Made by a program: the position numbers and the translations under genes
IMG/VR virus record: IMGVR_UViG_3300032323_003201
Location: 8,062 to 72,061 of that record
DNA: 64,000 nt
Direction: 5' to 3' (one strand)
From: a virus
Part shown: positions 10,021-19,424 of the stretch, one piece after another
How positions within the stretch are numbered: the first letter of the stretch is position 1
Layout: each line of letters begins with the position of its first letter
The notes under the pieces: generated by a model
The model's database searches: none
The model's input: the letters and a program-made list of their open reading frames with translations, nothing else
Told to the model about the DNA's origin: nothing

Positions 10021-10623
10021 ATGATGGATCAGTACTCACTACTTGCATATAGTGCAAACGATGAAATTTTGGCAACAAAAATAACCTATGCACTTACTCG
10101 CTATTCTTCAATCTTAGAGCCAGATGACAAGAGCTTGATTTGGCGTTGGTCATCTATCATTAAAGAAATCTGTGAGCCTTTTCCCATCACTATTGCCTAC
10201 CACATGCCACTTCAACATTGCATTGACTTGTTTCAATTCGATTTAGGTATAAAGATAGTACATATCTCTGAAAATGAGTATTTTTATCCCCATCAAGTGA
10301 TAGCTCATAGAAAAATTACTAAGGGGAAGGGTGTTATAGATGATGAAGCAGAATTGATTTTGAGAGAGAGTATCCACAAGGCCAGAGTGACTTATTTGTC
10401 CCTTATAAATCGTGGTGTTGATCATCAAATTGCAAGCCTGTGCCTTCCTCAATCCATTTTTGTAGACTGCCACCTTCAAGGAGATATCCACACATGGTGT
10501 AGTTTCTTCCTTGCTCTCAAAGAAGATAAGCAAGAGTGGCAGTATATCAAAAAGCATGCAGAGGGAATACAAAAGCTCATCCAAGAGGTATTCCCCAAAA
10601 CAATGAAAGTGCTAAAGCTATGA
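10021..10623 (+). CDS. Degenerate ThyX-fold protein lacking catalytic motifs
   Basis: Aligns by eye with the ThyX at 62686-63450 (YLSLINRGVDHQIASLCLPQSIF vs YNWMLDQGICREQARVQLPVGMY; QEWQYIKKHAEGIQKLIQEVFP vs HAQAEIREFAQAILRLVTLAFP), but has no NExSxRY. Confidence 0.65.
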   Translation: MMDQYSLLAYSANDEILATKITYALTRYSSILEPDDKSLIWRWSSIIKEICEPFPITIAYHMPLQHCIDLFQFDLGIKIVHISENEYFYPHQVIAHRKITKGKGVIDDEAELILRESIHKARVTYLSLINRGVDHQIASLCLPQSIFVDCHLQGDIHTWCSFFLALKEDKQEWQYIKKHAEGIQKLIQEVFPKTMKVLKL

Positions 10624-11099
10624 CAGACAGTTTTATTTTATGTTGGTGGATCATGATGCAAGTTATTGCACCCACTCAAGATCCTGTATCACCAGCATAT
10701 AAAAAACAATTAGGTAAAACGATCATGGATAGGGTTGTTCAGTGCGAACAATTACATGACCATGCAATCAAGCATGATGTGAATAAATATCTTGTGCTTT
10801 CACTTGCCTACCATGAAAGTAAATTTGTTCGTAATGCAAAGAGTAGTAAGGGAGCTGTGGGAGCAATGCAAATCATGCCACAGTACAAGCCTTGTGCCAA
10901 ATGTAGTGATGCAGAGAATGGTGTGCTTATGCTTAGGAAAATGCTAGATAATCATGGTGGGGATGAGTGTAAGGCAATTGGCTTTTATGCCACTGGTAAG
11001 ACCTTGCCAAAGTGTGGGAGCTATGGGAAGAGTATCCAAGATTTTGCTACAGAGATATTTGATTATGCAGTACTCATGGGAATAGATGAGGGTTGCTAA
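10620..11099 (+). CDS. Lytic transglycosylase (SLT family), putative exported endolysin
   Basis: Catalytic YHES plus SSKGAVGAMQIMP motif; hydrophobic N-terminus; ATGA overlap with the upstream gene. Confidence 0.85.
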   Translation: MTDSFILCWWIMMQVIAPTQDPVSPAYKKQLGKTIMDRVVQCEQLHDHAIKHDVNKYLVLSLAYHESKFVRNAKSSKGAVGAMQIMPQYKPCAKCSDAENGVLMLRKMLDNHGGDECKAIGFYATGKTLPKCGSYGKSIQDFATEIFDYAVLMGIDEGC

Positions 11100-11565
11100 G
11101 ATGAAGGACAAGTTTTTAAAATTTAGAATTGCTCAGTGCCTACACCTTGCCACCATGTCCCCCTGTAGTAGGAGACAATTTGGTGCAGTGATTGTAAACC
11201 CCACCTCAAATTCGATTTTGGCAGAGGGGTACAATGGCACACCAAGAGGACACCAGCACACACTTTGTGGCACTAGCTCTTGCCTTCGTGATTGTGTGCA
11301 AAGTGGCACAAAGCTAGAAATTGGCTGTCACCATGCAGAGGCTAATGCTTTGATGAATGCACTAAGAAATCATGCTGACATTAGGGGTGCTGTCATAATC
11401 GTAAGTGGTGAGCCTTGCCTTATGTGTGCAAAATTGATCCATCATTCAGGTATAGAGAAGGTCTACACAATACAAGGCTCATACTCTGCCAAGGATGGTG
11501 TAGACTACTTAATAGAAAACAATGTGCCAGTGCTAAAGGTCAATGCACAAGGAGAATATTTATGA
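11086..11565 (+). CDS. dCMP deaminase (ComEB/deoxycytidylate deaminase family)
   Basis: SPCSRRQFGAVI, GYNGTP, HAEANA and PCLMC zinc motifs. Confidence 0.9.
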   Translation: MRVAKMKDKFLKFRIAQCLHLATMSPCSRRQFGAVIVNPTSNSILAEGYNGTPRGHQHTLCGTSSCLRDCVQSGTKLEIGCHHAEANALMNALRNHADIRGAVIIVSGEPCLMCAKLIHHSGIEKVYTIQGSYSAKDGVDYLIENNVPVLKVNAQGEYL

Positions 11566-13055
11566 GTGATGATTTACAAGTCTTTGCAAAGGCAGCACTT
11601 AACCTACTAAAGCAAGCCATGATAGAAAACCCAAGCGTTGACACAGAGGGGATTGCTAAGAGCTTGATTGAAAACTTGGGGGAAAAACCCACAGTCATGA
11701 GCAAGGAAATCAACCCTGCTGATATTGCAAATGTGGGGATGATACCACCTTTAGAGATGGGTCATCGTGGCACTTTTGGCTTAACCTTTGACACACTACA
11801 AGCCATGTCTCGTGTGCCTGTTATCTCTGCTGTGATTAACACAAGAATAAATCAAGTGTCAGAGTTTGCCAAGGCAGTCAATGAAGATGATGGTCTTGGC
11901 TTTCAAATTCGTCTCAAAGATCGTAAGGCACATGCAAGTGAAGATGATAAGCAAAATATCCTTGAGATTACAGAGTTTATAAAATCATGTGGGGATAATC
12001 GAATAACTTTTGAAACTGACTTTGAAGCCTTCCTTCGTATGCTCGTAAGAGACTCTCTCATTTATGACCAAGCCTGCTTTGAAATCGTTCGTAACCAAGA
12101 TGGCAAGGTCTGTGGCTTTCTCAATGTGGATAGTGCCACAATAAGAAGGTCAGCTCTCACAGAGCAAGAGCGATTAGATGGTAGAAGGTCTGCTGATGGT
12201 GTGCAATTTGTGCAGGTGATGAATAACCAAATTGTGGCTCAATACAAAGCACTAGATCTATGTTGGGGTATTCGTAGACCAAGATCAGATTTACGATTTA
12301 GAGGCTATGGCTTTCCAGAGCTTGAAGAGCTTGTTAAAGTCATCACTCATATTTGTAATGCAGAAATATTTAATGCCAACAATTTCACCAATGGCATTTC
12401 TGCAAGTGGGATTATCGCAGTTAAATCAAAGATGAATCCAACTCTATTCAAAGCTTTTAGGAAAGAGTTTTACTCAATGCTTACAGGTGCAAGCAATAGT
12501 AAAAGGACACCTCTTATTCAGCTTGATCCAAGTAATAACGAAGAGGTGCAAAGCATCAATCTAAGCAATACAAACAAGGAGATGGAATACCAAGAATGGT
12601 TGAATTATTTGCTCAAAATCACTTGTGCCATGTTCCAAATAGACCCTGCAGAAATTGGCTTTAATTTTGGTGTAGAGGGTCAATCAAGTGCCATCTTCTC
12701 TATGGGTGTCCAAGATCGTGCAATCCTATCTAAAGAAAAGGGATTGAGGCCACTACTTAGAGCAATAGAGAGCTGGATCAATAGATACATTATTGACCAA
12801 ATTGACCCTCGTTATGAGCTTACATTCATTGGTCTTGATAGTATCCCTAAAGATAAACAGCTTGAGATGGATCTAAAAAAGATGAGCTTTATGACTCTCA
12901 ATGAAATCAGAGCTAAGTATGATCTGCCACCACACCCAATGGGTGATAAAATTGGCAATCCACTTTTTAATCCAACAGAGCAAGCTCAAGTTGGGGAACA
13001 AGTAAATGCACCTGAACAGCCTATACAACCCTCTGAAGAAAATCCTACAGAATAA
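11562..13055 (+). CDS. Portal protein
   Basis: AVINTRINQV, LVRDSLIYDQACFEI, GYGFPELE, FQIDPAEIGF, KGLRPLL and TLNEIR motifs typical of phage portals; RBS AAGGAG before ATG at 11562. Confidence 0.9.
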   Translation: MSDDLQVFAKAALNLLKQAMIENPSVDTEGIAKSLIENLGEKPTVMSKEINPADIANVGMIPPLEMGHRGTFGLTFDTLQAMSRVPVISAVINTRINQVSEFAKAVNEDDGLGFQIRLKDRKAHASEDDKQNILEITEFIKSCGDNRITFETDFEAFLRMLVRDSLIYDQACFEIVRNQDGKVCGFLNVDSATIRRSALTEQERLDGRRSADGVQFVQVMNNQIVAQYKALDLCWGIRRPRSDLRFRGYGFPELEELVKVITHICNAEIFNANNFTNGISASGIIAVKSKMNPTLFKAFRKEFYSMLTGASNSKRTPLIQLDPSNNEEVQSINLSNTNKEMEYQEWLNYLLKITCAMFQIDPAEIGFNFGVEGQSSAIFSMGVQDRAILSKEKGLRPLLRAIESWINRYIIDQIDPRYELTFIGLDSIPKDKQLEMDLKKMSFMTLNEIRAKYDLPPHPMGDKIGNPLFNPTEQAQVGEQVNAPEQPIQPSEENPTE

Positions 13056-13060
13056 AAAAC

Positions 13061-13094
13061 TTGTACATATCCCTAGCTTATCGGACATGTACAA
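13061..13094 (+). promoter_or_regulatory. Intergenic inverted repeat/hairpin after portal
   Basis: TTGTACATATCC-N10-GGACATGTACAA (11/12 match); no U-tract follows. Confidence 0.45.
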
Positions 13095-13143
13095 TTCATC
13101 GTATCTAAAAAACTATTAACGAATAAACCAAAGGTTTTTTATT

Positions 13144-13533
13144 ATGGCTCAAAAGTTATCCTATACAGTGCCTGCAAAGGTTAGAGCAAATGCCAAGCGT
13201 GGATTAAAATTGCGTGCTGAGACAGGTGGCAAGGGTGGCCTCACAACACAACAAGCTGGCAAGCTAAAAATAGGAAGTGGGGTAGCTCGTGCCAACTCTC
13301 TTATTCATGGCAATGTTACCTATGACACCATCAAGAGAATGTATTCCTTTTTTTCTAGGCACAAGATTTACAAGGACAAAGGCTACCACAAGGATAGAAA
13401 AAGCAAGGCTTATATTAGCTGGCTGCTTTGGGGTGGTGATGCAGGTTTTTCTTGGTGCAAGCGAATAATTAGAGAGTATGAGTCATCTACTGAAAAAGGT
13501 GTCTTTTTAGATATCGTGCTACAATCACTATGA
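13144..13533 (+). CDS. Conserved basic phage head-associated protein
   Basis: AxxGLxLR...GVARA...TIKRMYSFFSRH...WLLWGGDAG pattern, which I recall from phage head modules; lies between portal and protease. Confidence 0.7.
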   Translation: MAQKLSYTVPAKVRANAKRGLKLRAETGGKGGLTTQQAGKLKIGSGVARANSLIHGNVTYDTIKRMYSFFSRHKIYKDKGYHKDRKSKAYISWLLWGGDAGFSWCKRIIREYESSTEKGVFLDIVLQSL

Positions 13534-14714
13534 AAAGAGGTGCTATGAATAAGAGTTATTTTTCAGCATGGACAAGCATTGATTTGTCAAAGGATGATAC
13601 AGCCAAGGCAGATGAAAAGCTTGGCTTTATCAAGGGTGTAGTATCATCTGAGCTTGAGGATCAAGCAGGGGATATCATCAAGCAAGATGGTCTTGATTGG
13701 ACATACTTCCTTGATAAAGGCTATTTCAATTGGGAGCATAAAGATGGGCCAGAAAACATACTTGGTTATCCTACCAAGATTTTAAAGGGTGAGTCAGATA
13801 CTTCGGTTGAAGGCTATCTTTTTCTTGATAGACCCAAAGCAAAAGATGCGTATGACATGGCTAAAATCCTCAAGGATGTGCAAGCTCCTCGCTCAATTGG
13901 TTTCTCTATTGAAGGCCAAGTTATTGAGCGTGATAAAGAAAATGAGAATATTATCACAAAAGCCAAAATCTTAAATGTAAGTGTAACAGCTCACCCATGC
14001 AACCCTGATGCCAAGATGATGGTTAAGGCTCTTGCAGATATGGAAGACTATATGAAAAAGAAAACGACTGTACAGCCAACACTTCTCAAAACAATTGAAG
14101 AAGACGAAGCAAAAAAGAAGGCAGAAGCAGAAGCAGCAATGGCACAAACTGAGGATGAAAAAAAGGCTTATTCATCAGACGATGATGCTACCAAATCCAC
14201 AACAGAGGATACTGCTAAAAATGACGACTCCAGCACAAAAGAAGATGATCAAGGATCTAAAGCAGACGATCAAGAAGCTCAAAAAGTAGCAGAAGACGAT
14301 GCTGAAAAAGGCATGGTATCAAAATCTGAAGATGATGATGATGATATTAACAAGGCTGAAGATGATGATGAAGATGATGAAGATGACTCACTAGATGATG
14401 ACTCTCTTGATGACTCTTCTCTAACAGATGATTTTTGGGATGATGCTGATCGTAAATATGTAGACGAAGCTTTTAGTGCATTGTGGACAATGTTAGGGTC
14501 ACTACAAGATCAACTCACTGCTCAGATCAAGACAAAGAGAGTAGCACAAAGACAAGCACTTGCTCAAAAGTCAATCAAGGATGCATCACCAGTATCTAGC
14601 AAAGATTTACTTGAGCGAATTGCCAAGCATTTTCCTACAATGACACTAGATCAACAAAAACAACTCACTCGCAAAAGTGCTGATATCATCAGAGAGTATT
14701 TTGTCAAGGATTAA
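13530..14714 (+). CDS. Prohead protease with acidic scaffold-like C-terminus
   Basis: DQAGDIIKQDGLDW, YFNWEH, GFSIEG and VTAHPCNPDA motifs; long D/E-rich tail. Confidence 0.85.
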   Translation: MKRGAMNKSYFSAWTSIDLSKDDTAKADEKLGFIKGVVSSELEDQAGDIIKQDGLDWTYFLDKGYFNWEHKDGPENILGYPTKILKGESDTSVEGYLFLDRPKAKDAYDMAKILKDVQAPRSIGFSIEGQVIERDKENENIITKAKILNVSVTAHPCNPDAKMMVKALADMEDYMKKKTTVQPTLLKTIEEDEAKKKAEAEAAMAQTEDEKKAYSSDDDATKSTTEDTAKNDDSSTKEDDQGSKADDQEAQKVAEDDAEKGMVSKSEDDDDDINKAEDDDEDDEDDSLDDDSLDDSSLTDDFWDDADRKYVDEAFSALWTMLGSLQDQLTAQIKTKRVAQRQALAQKSIKDASPVSSKDLLERIAKHFPTMTLDQQKQLTRKSADIIREYFVKD

Positions 14715-14717
14715 CAA

Positions 14718-15149
14718 ATGAAAAAACAGATGACCAAAGACGCAGTGGATCAATTTTTTACCACTCTCAAAAAGAGCATCCTTTCACAAGGAGATACTGT
14801 GAAGCAAGCCACCACTCTAGCCAAGTCTGCTGACAAGGCTCTAAATGACCAAAATGCAACCATCGCAGCATTGGCAAAGACCATTGAGATTTTGACCCAA
14901 AAGGTTGAAGCTCTTAGTCAACCTAAAGCACCAGCTATTCAAAAGTCTGTGACCCATGTTGCACCTGAAGCTCACCCATTAAATGGTACAGCGATTGCTC
15001 AAGAAGAAGATGCACCTACACTTATTCAAAAAGCATTTGATCTTTTGAAGGGTGCTGACAAGGCTAGACAATCTGAATTGACCAGAGCTATCTCTTTGCT
15101 CAATGTTGGTGGCAATCCCTCTGAAATCAAAAAGAATTACAAGTTGTAG
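14718..15149 (+). CDS. Scaffold-like/capsid-associated protein
   Basis: Helical coiled-coil ORF directly before the MCP; recurring KS/KA motifs. Confidence 0.55.
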   Translation: MKKQMTKDAVDQFFTTLKKSILSQGDTVKQATTLAKSADKALNDQNATIAALAKTIEILTQKVEALSQPKAPAIQKSVTHVAPEAHPLNGTAIAQEEDAPTLIQKAFDLLKGADKARQSELTRAISLLNVGGNPSEIKKNYKL

Positions 15150-15158
15150 GAGACACAC

Positions 15159-16655
15159 ATGTTCGGTTTACCAAATAACAATGAAATGGTTAGCATTAGC
15201 GATTTAACTCGTTTAAATGATGCAATTCGCAAGGCAACCCCTGGTTTTGCTGGTTATCAAACCCCAGCTCAAATGGGTGATGGCTCTTTATCTCCTCTTG
15301 CCACCCAAAGCATTGAGGCTAATCTTGCCACAGCTACCTTTACAAGCAAGCACCTTACCTTGTGGCAAAAACTCACCAAGACCAGTGCAAATAATTTTAT
15401 CCATGAATATACCTCTGTGCTTGAAAATGGTTTAGATACCAATCCATTCATTGCAGAAGGTGAAGGTGGCTCTGATTCACTTGGCACAAATCAATCTGTG
15501 TATGAAAGAAAGTTTGTAAAGATCAAATTCATGGCAGAAAGACGCCAAGTATCTGATATGGCCTCTATGTTGTCATTCAACATTGGTGCAAATGCAAATG
15601 CTTTGGCAGAAGAAACTGAAAGAGGCACTTTAACTCTTCTCAAAAAAATCGAAAAAGCCTTGTGGTTTGGTGATGAAGATGTAAATCCTGAAGGCTTTGA
15701 TGGGATTATCAAGCAAATTGAGCGTACAAGTGGTGCGATTGTTGATGGTCAAGGTCGTCCTTATCGTTCAAATACTTGGGATTTAGAAGGCAAAGCTCCA
15801 ACTGTTCTTCTTCTTCAAGAAATCCTTGGTGAAGTATATGGGTCTCCAAATTATGGTGAACCTGATACCATCTATGTAACACCAGCTATCTATGCCGAAT
15901 TACAAAAGCAATTTAACGAACAAGGCAGATATGATATTAGCATCAGTGGCAATTCAATTGTTGCAGGTGTCAAGTCTATTTCTGTGATGGCACCATATGG
16001 TTTAGTTGATATTGTTTCTGCACCATTCCTTGAAAGATCAGAAAAACCCAATGCGATTGAAGCTGTAGGTCATGGGATTGTTGCAAGTTTCTCTACACAA
16101 CCAACAGCAGCAGCTGATGCATCTAGCAAGAGCAAGTTTAAGGCAGCAGATGCAGGCTTTTATAAATATGCAGTTGTTGCAGTCAATAAACTTGGTATGA
16201 CCTTGCCAATTATCTCTAATGCTGTTCAAGTATCAGCTGGGGATAAAGTAAGCATGAAGATTGCTCGCAATGGTGGAAATCCTGCAATCTCTTATCGTAT
16301 CTATCGCACAGCTAAGGCAGTATCTGCTGAAGCTGTGAATTTAGATTCTCTCAAATTTATTATGGAAGTATCTGCAAGCCAACTCGAAGGCAATACCTTT
16401 GCTGATTACAATCATTTCATGTATGGCTGTTCTCACATTGTGTTTGCAAATCATGATCCAGGTCAAATGGCTTTTGCAAAACTCATGGATTTCATGAGAA
16501 AAGATTTGGCACAAGTGTCTACAACAAGACCATTCTTGCTCATGCTTTTTGGCTCACTCATGGTAAAGACACCTAACAAGTTTTGGGTTGTTCGTAATGC
16601 TGGTGTGAACAATGCAAGTGGTGTTGCTGCTAATTATTTAAACGCAAATTTCTAA
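15159..16655 (+). CDS. Major capsid protein
   Basis: LATQSIE, ERKFVKIKFM, KKIEKALWFGD...FDGIIK and WDLEG motifs; position after protease/scaffold; RBS AGGAG. Confidence 0.88.
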   Translation: MFGLPNNNEMVSISDLTRLNDAIRKATPGFAGYQTPAQMGDGSLSPLATQSIEANLATATFTSKHLTLWQKLTKTSANNFIHEYTSVLENGLDTNPFIAEGEGGSDSLGTNQSVYERKFVKIKFMAERRQVSDMASMLSFNIGANANALAEETERGTLTLLKKIEKALWFGDEDVNPEGFDGIIKQIERTSGAIVDGQGRPYRSNTWDLEGKAPTVLLLQEILGEVYGSPNYGEPDTIYVTPAIYAELQKQFNEQGRYDISISGNSIVAGVKSISVMAPYGLVDIVSAPFLERSEKPNAIEAVGHGIVASFSTQPTAAADASSKSKFKAADAGFYKYAVVAVNKLGMTLPIISNAVQVSAGDKVSMKIARNGGNPAISYRIYRTAKAVSAEAVNLDSLKFIMEVSASQLEGNTFADYNHFMYGCSHIVFANHDPGQMAFAKLMDFMRKDLAQVSTTRPFLLMLFGSLMVKTPNKFWVVRNAGVNNASGVAANYLNANF

Positions 16656-16682
16656 GATAGTAAATTAAAGAGGCATCTCATC

Positions 16683-16994
16683 ATGTGGATATACAATAGA
16701 AGTTATACTATGGGTAGTGGGATTTTTACTGCCAAGATAAAGAATATTAAGTTTGTGTTTGAGATGCCAAGTGGTAAGGTTTTAACTAAATTTACAGCCA
16801 ATGAAGAAGCCTACATTCGATTAAATCCATCTCTCTTTACATGGTGCGAAGATAAGAGAGAGGAAGGCAAGAGAGCTGACCAAGTAGAAATTCAAGATAA
16901 GCAAGCTAATTTAATTTTAAGTATAGTAGAAGAAGAATTGAAGGTGCAGACAACACCTAAAAAGACAAGTACCAAAAAGGGTGGGAAAGCATAG
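16683..16994 (+). CDS. Hypothetical protein
   Basis: 103-aa ORF with Lys-rich tail in the head operon. Confidence 0.6.
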   Translation: MWIYNRSYTMGSGIFTAKIKNIKFVFEMPSGKVLTKFTANEEAYIRLNPSLFTWCEDKREEGKRADQVEIQDKQANLILSIVEEELKVQTTPKKTSTKKGGKA

Positions 16995-17017
16995 ACCCAC
17001 CACTAAGTGGAGTATCT

Positions 17018-17983
17018 ATGAGCATATTTAATTTTGTAACCCCCCACAGACTAAGGCAGACATATTTAGGTGGGATTGATCTAACCACAGATCAAGGCTC
17101 ACCCTTTAGCGATATCCTACTCACAGATGCAATTCAACAGGCTGTCTCATCACTAGAGATGGAGCTTGGGATTATCATTGACCCTTTAAGGGTTGTGGGT
17201 GAGAGGCATGATGCAAATGCTAAGGATAGAGAAACCTTTTGGCCATTCCATTTAAATTATCGTCCTGTTGTGCAAATAGATGAGGTAAGACTACAGCTAG
17301 GCAATAACCCATTCATGAAGATGCCAACGAATTGGTTTAACATTATATCACCTGAAGCAGGTCAAGTGAATTTACTACCTACAAGCGATAGTATGGGGAG
17401 TTTCTTTTTTAGAAGTGGTATGCCTCTAGTGTTTGGGGATGTATTCAACCCCTATGTCAATGTACCTGGATATTGGGGTGTTGATTACCTAGCAGGCTTT
17501 AGATTTGAGGAAGGGATTGCCACGATTAAGGCAAACACCTCTAGTGTGGATGTGACAATACCAGGTGCTACACTCTCAACCAAGCCAATAGTAGAATGTG
17601 AATTTACAGGCTCAAGCAATGGTGCACTCTACCCCAAAATGAAAATAGCTGGCACAAAGGTATTTACTATAGGCGTTTCACAAGTGCCTACACAAGACAC
17701 ACAAATCACATGGAAGCTCACAACTGTTGAGCCTGCACTTATTAAGGCAATTTGCTTGATGGCTAGCATCTTGCCTCTTGGTGTCAGTGGTAATCTTGTT
17801 GCAGGTGCAGGGATTAGTAATTTTTCTTTGGGGGTTGATGGTTTATCACAATCTATTAGCACAACAAAATCAGCAGATGCAGGTGCTTATAATGCCTTGA
17901 TTAAGCAATACCAAGCAGAGCTTAAGGAAACAATCACACAGCTCAAAGCCAAGTATCGTGCTATGAATATTGCAATCATTTAG
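17018..17983 (+). CDS. Head-tail connector/adaptor (neck) protein
   Basis: AVSSLEMELGI, PGYWGVDYLAGF and GAGISNFSLGVDGLSQSISTT motifs; position after MCP. Confidence 0.75.
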   Translation: MSIFNFVTPHRLRQTYLGGIDLTTDQGSPFSDILLTDAIQQAVSSLEMELGIIIDPLRVVGERHDANAKDRETFWPFHLNYRPVVQIDEVRLQLGNNPFMKMPTNWFNIISPEAGQVNLLPTSDSMGSFFFRSGMPLVFGDVFNPYVNVPGYWGVDYLAGFRFEEGIATIKANTSSVDVTIPGATLSTKPIVECEFTGSSNGALYPKMKIAGTKVFTIGVSQVPTQDTQITWKLTTVEPALIKAICLMASILPLGVSGNLVAGAGISNFSLGVDGLSQSISTTKSADAGAYNALIKQYQAELKETITQLKAKYRAMNIAII

Positions 17984-17996
17984 AAAGAGATAGACC

Positions 17997-18803
17997 ATGC
18001 AACTACCACTAAATCAGATGGATCAACGCAAGAATAGAGTTGATTTCATGGACAAGCAATTTAAACAGCTTGTTGACCAAAAGGGTCAAGAGGTGCTTTG
18101 GTATCAAACTACTGAATGTCCATGTAGACAAGTTGGCAGTGAGCTAGGTTTAGATCTAGCTAGTATCTCTAGCACAGTATCATCTAGCACAGGCTTTAAT
18201 AATGGGTGTCCAGTGTGCAAGGGTCAAGGGATTATTCTGCATTCCCCCCAAATCATTATGGCGATTCTTACTAGCATGGGGGGTGTGTATTCGGTCAGTG
18301 AATATGGTGTATATCGTGATGAGAAAATCAATGTGACTACTCACCCAGAGCATTTACTAGGCTTTGGGGATAAGATTGTATTACAGCACTCTGTCATGAG
18401 ATACACTGAAAGTGTGGAAATGCCTAGTAGTGGCTTAATTGCTAGCACTCGTTATCCCATAGTCAAAAGAGCGATGACTTTATCATCGGGTGAGGTGGAA
18501 ATTGGTGTACTATACCTTCAAAAAGCAAATACAAATGCTCAAGCGATTGTGGGGGGTGTACTTGTGCAGGATGAACATTTCACAATTACCATTGATGGTA
18601 AGGTTGATTTTAGTTTATCTCCTAGCACTGCACCAACCCCTAGCACACTATTCTCTATCTCTTATTTTATGCACCCTACTTACAAGATTGGTAGTTATCC
18701 TCATTCTATTAGGGATACTAAGGTAGTGTATAAGCAACCAAGTGAATTGCATACACCACTACTGACCCAAGCGACTGCATCATTGGATTTCCTAAATGTT
18801 TGA
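17997..18803 (+). CDS. Head-closure/neck protein with zinc-finger-like Cys motif
   Basis: CPC...CPVCKGQG; position in the neck module. Confidence 0.65.
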   Translation: MQLPLNQMDQRKNRVDFMDKQFKQLVDQKGQEVLWYQTTECPCRQVGSELGLDLASISSTVSSSTGFNNGCPVCKGQGIILHSPQIIMAILTSMGGVYSVSEYGVYRDEKINVTTHPEHLLGFGDKIVLQHSVMRYTESVEMPSSGLIASTRYPIVKRAMTLSSGEVEIGVLYLQKANTNAQAIVGGVLVQDEHFTITIDGKVDFSLSPSTAPTPSTLFSISYFMHPTYKIGSYPHSIRDTKVVYKQPSELHTPLLTQATASLDFLNV

Positions 18804-19410
18804 TCTTCATTTCACTCACATACTTAGAAATGGTTTAGCTTTGTACTCTAATCAAGCAAGGTTTAACCAGCTCTTCCCCATGATTGCACCCACACTACAA
18901 GCTAAATTTTACCAGCTCTTTATGGATACTCAAGGGAAAAGGCCTATTGTGATAGACCTTGCCAATGAGGGGAAGGTGCAAGGCTTGCCAATTATTAGCG
19001 TATTACTTACAGAGCAAGCATTTGAGACACAAGGCTTAAGTGATATGAGCGATGATAGGCATCTTCACCTACTGACACTACAAACAGTGGATGTCAATAT
19101 CCATGCTCAAGACCAAGATTTAGTGCGTATTCTGCATGCTATCACCCATGCTAGTTTCCTACAGTATAAATCAGCACTTTTAAGGGTTGGATATGATAAT
19201 TTAAGGTTTGTGACAAGCTCAGATGTAGAGCAGGAAACAGCTTTAAAATCAGAGTCTAACTCACTTGTTAACTACAAGCGAAAGCTAAGATTTTCAGCTG
19301 TGCATCATCTTTATATACCAACAATCACCAGCCTAAATGACCTTGAGTTGCCTATCCTTGTGCAGCTTGATCTACATGGTGGTGACATAACAACCTACAA
19401 AAAAATTTAA
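18796..19410 (+). CDS. Putative tail terminator/neck protein
   Basis: Position immediately before the sheath; LPIISVLL pattern. Confidence 0.5.
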   Translation: MFDLHFTHILRNGLALYSNQARFNQLFPMIAPTLQAKFYQLFMDTQGKRPIVIDLANEGKVQGLPIISVLLTEQAFETQGLSDMSDDRHLHLLTLQTVDVNIHAQDQDLVRILHAITHASFLQYKSALLRVGYDNLRFVTSSDVEQETALKSESNSLVNYKRKLRFSAVHHLYIPTITSLNDLELPILVQLDLHGGDITTYKKI

Positions 19411-19424
19411 CACAGGAGAAACAC

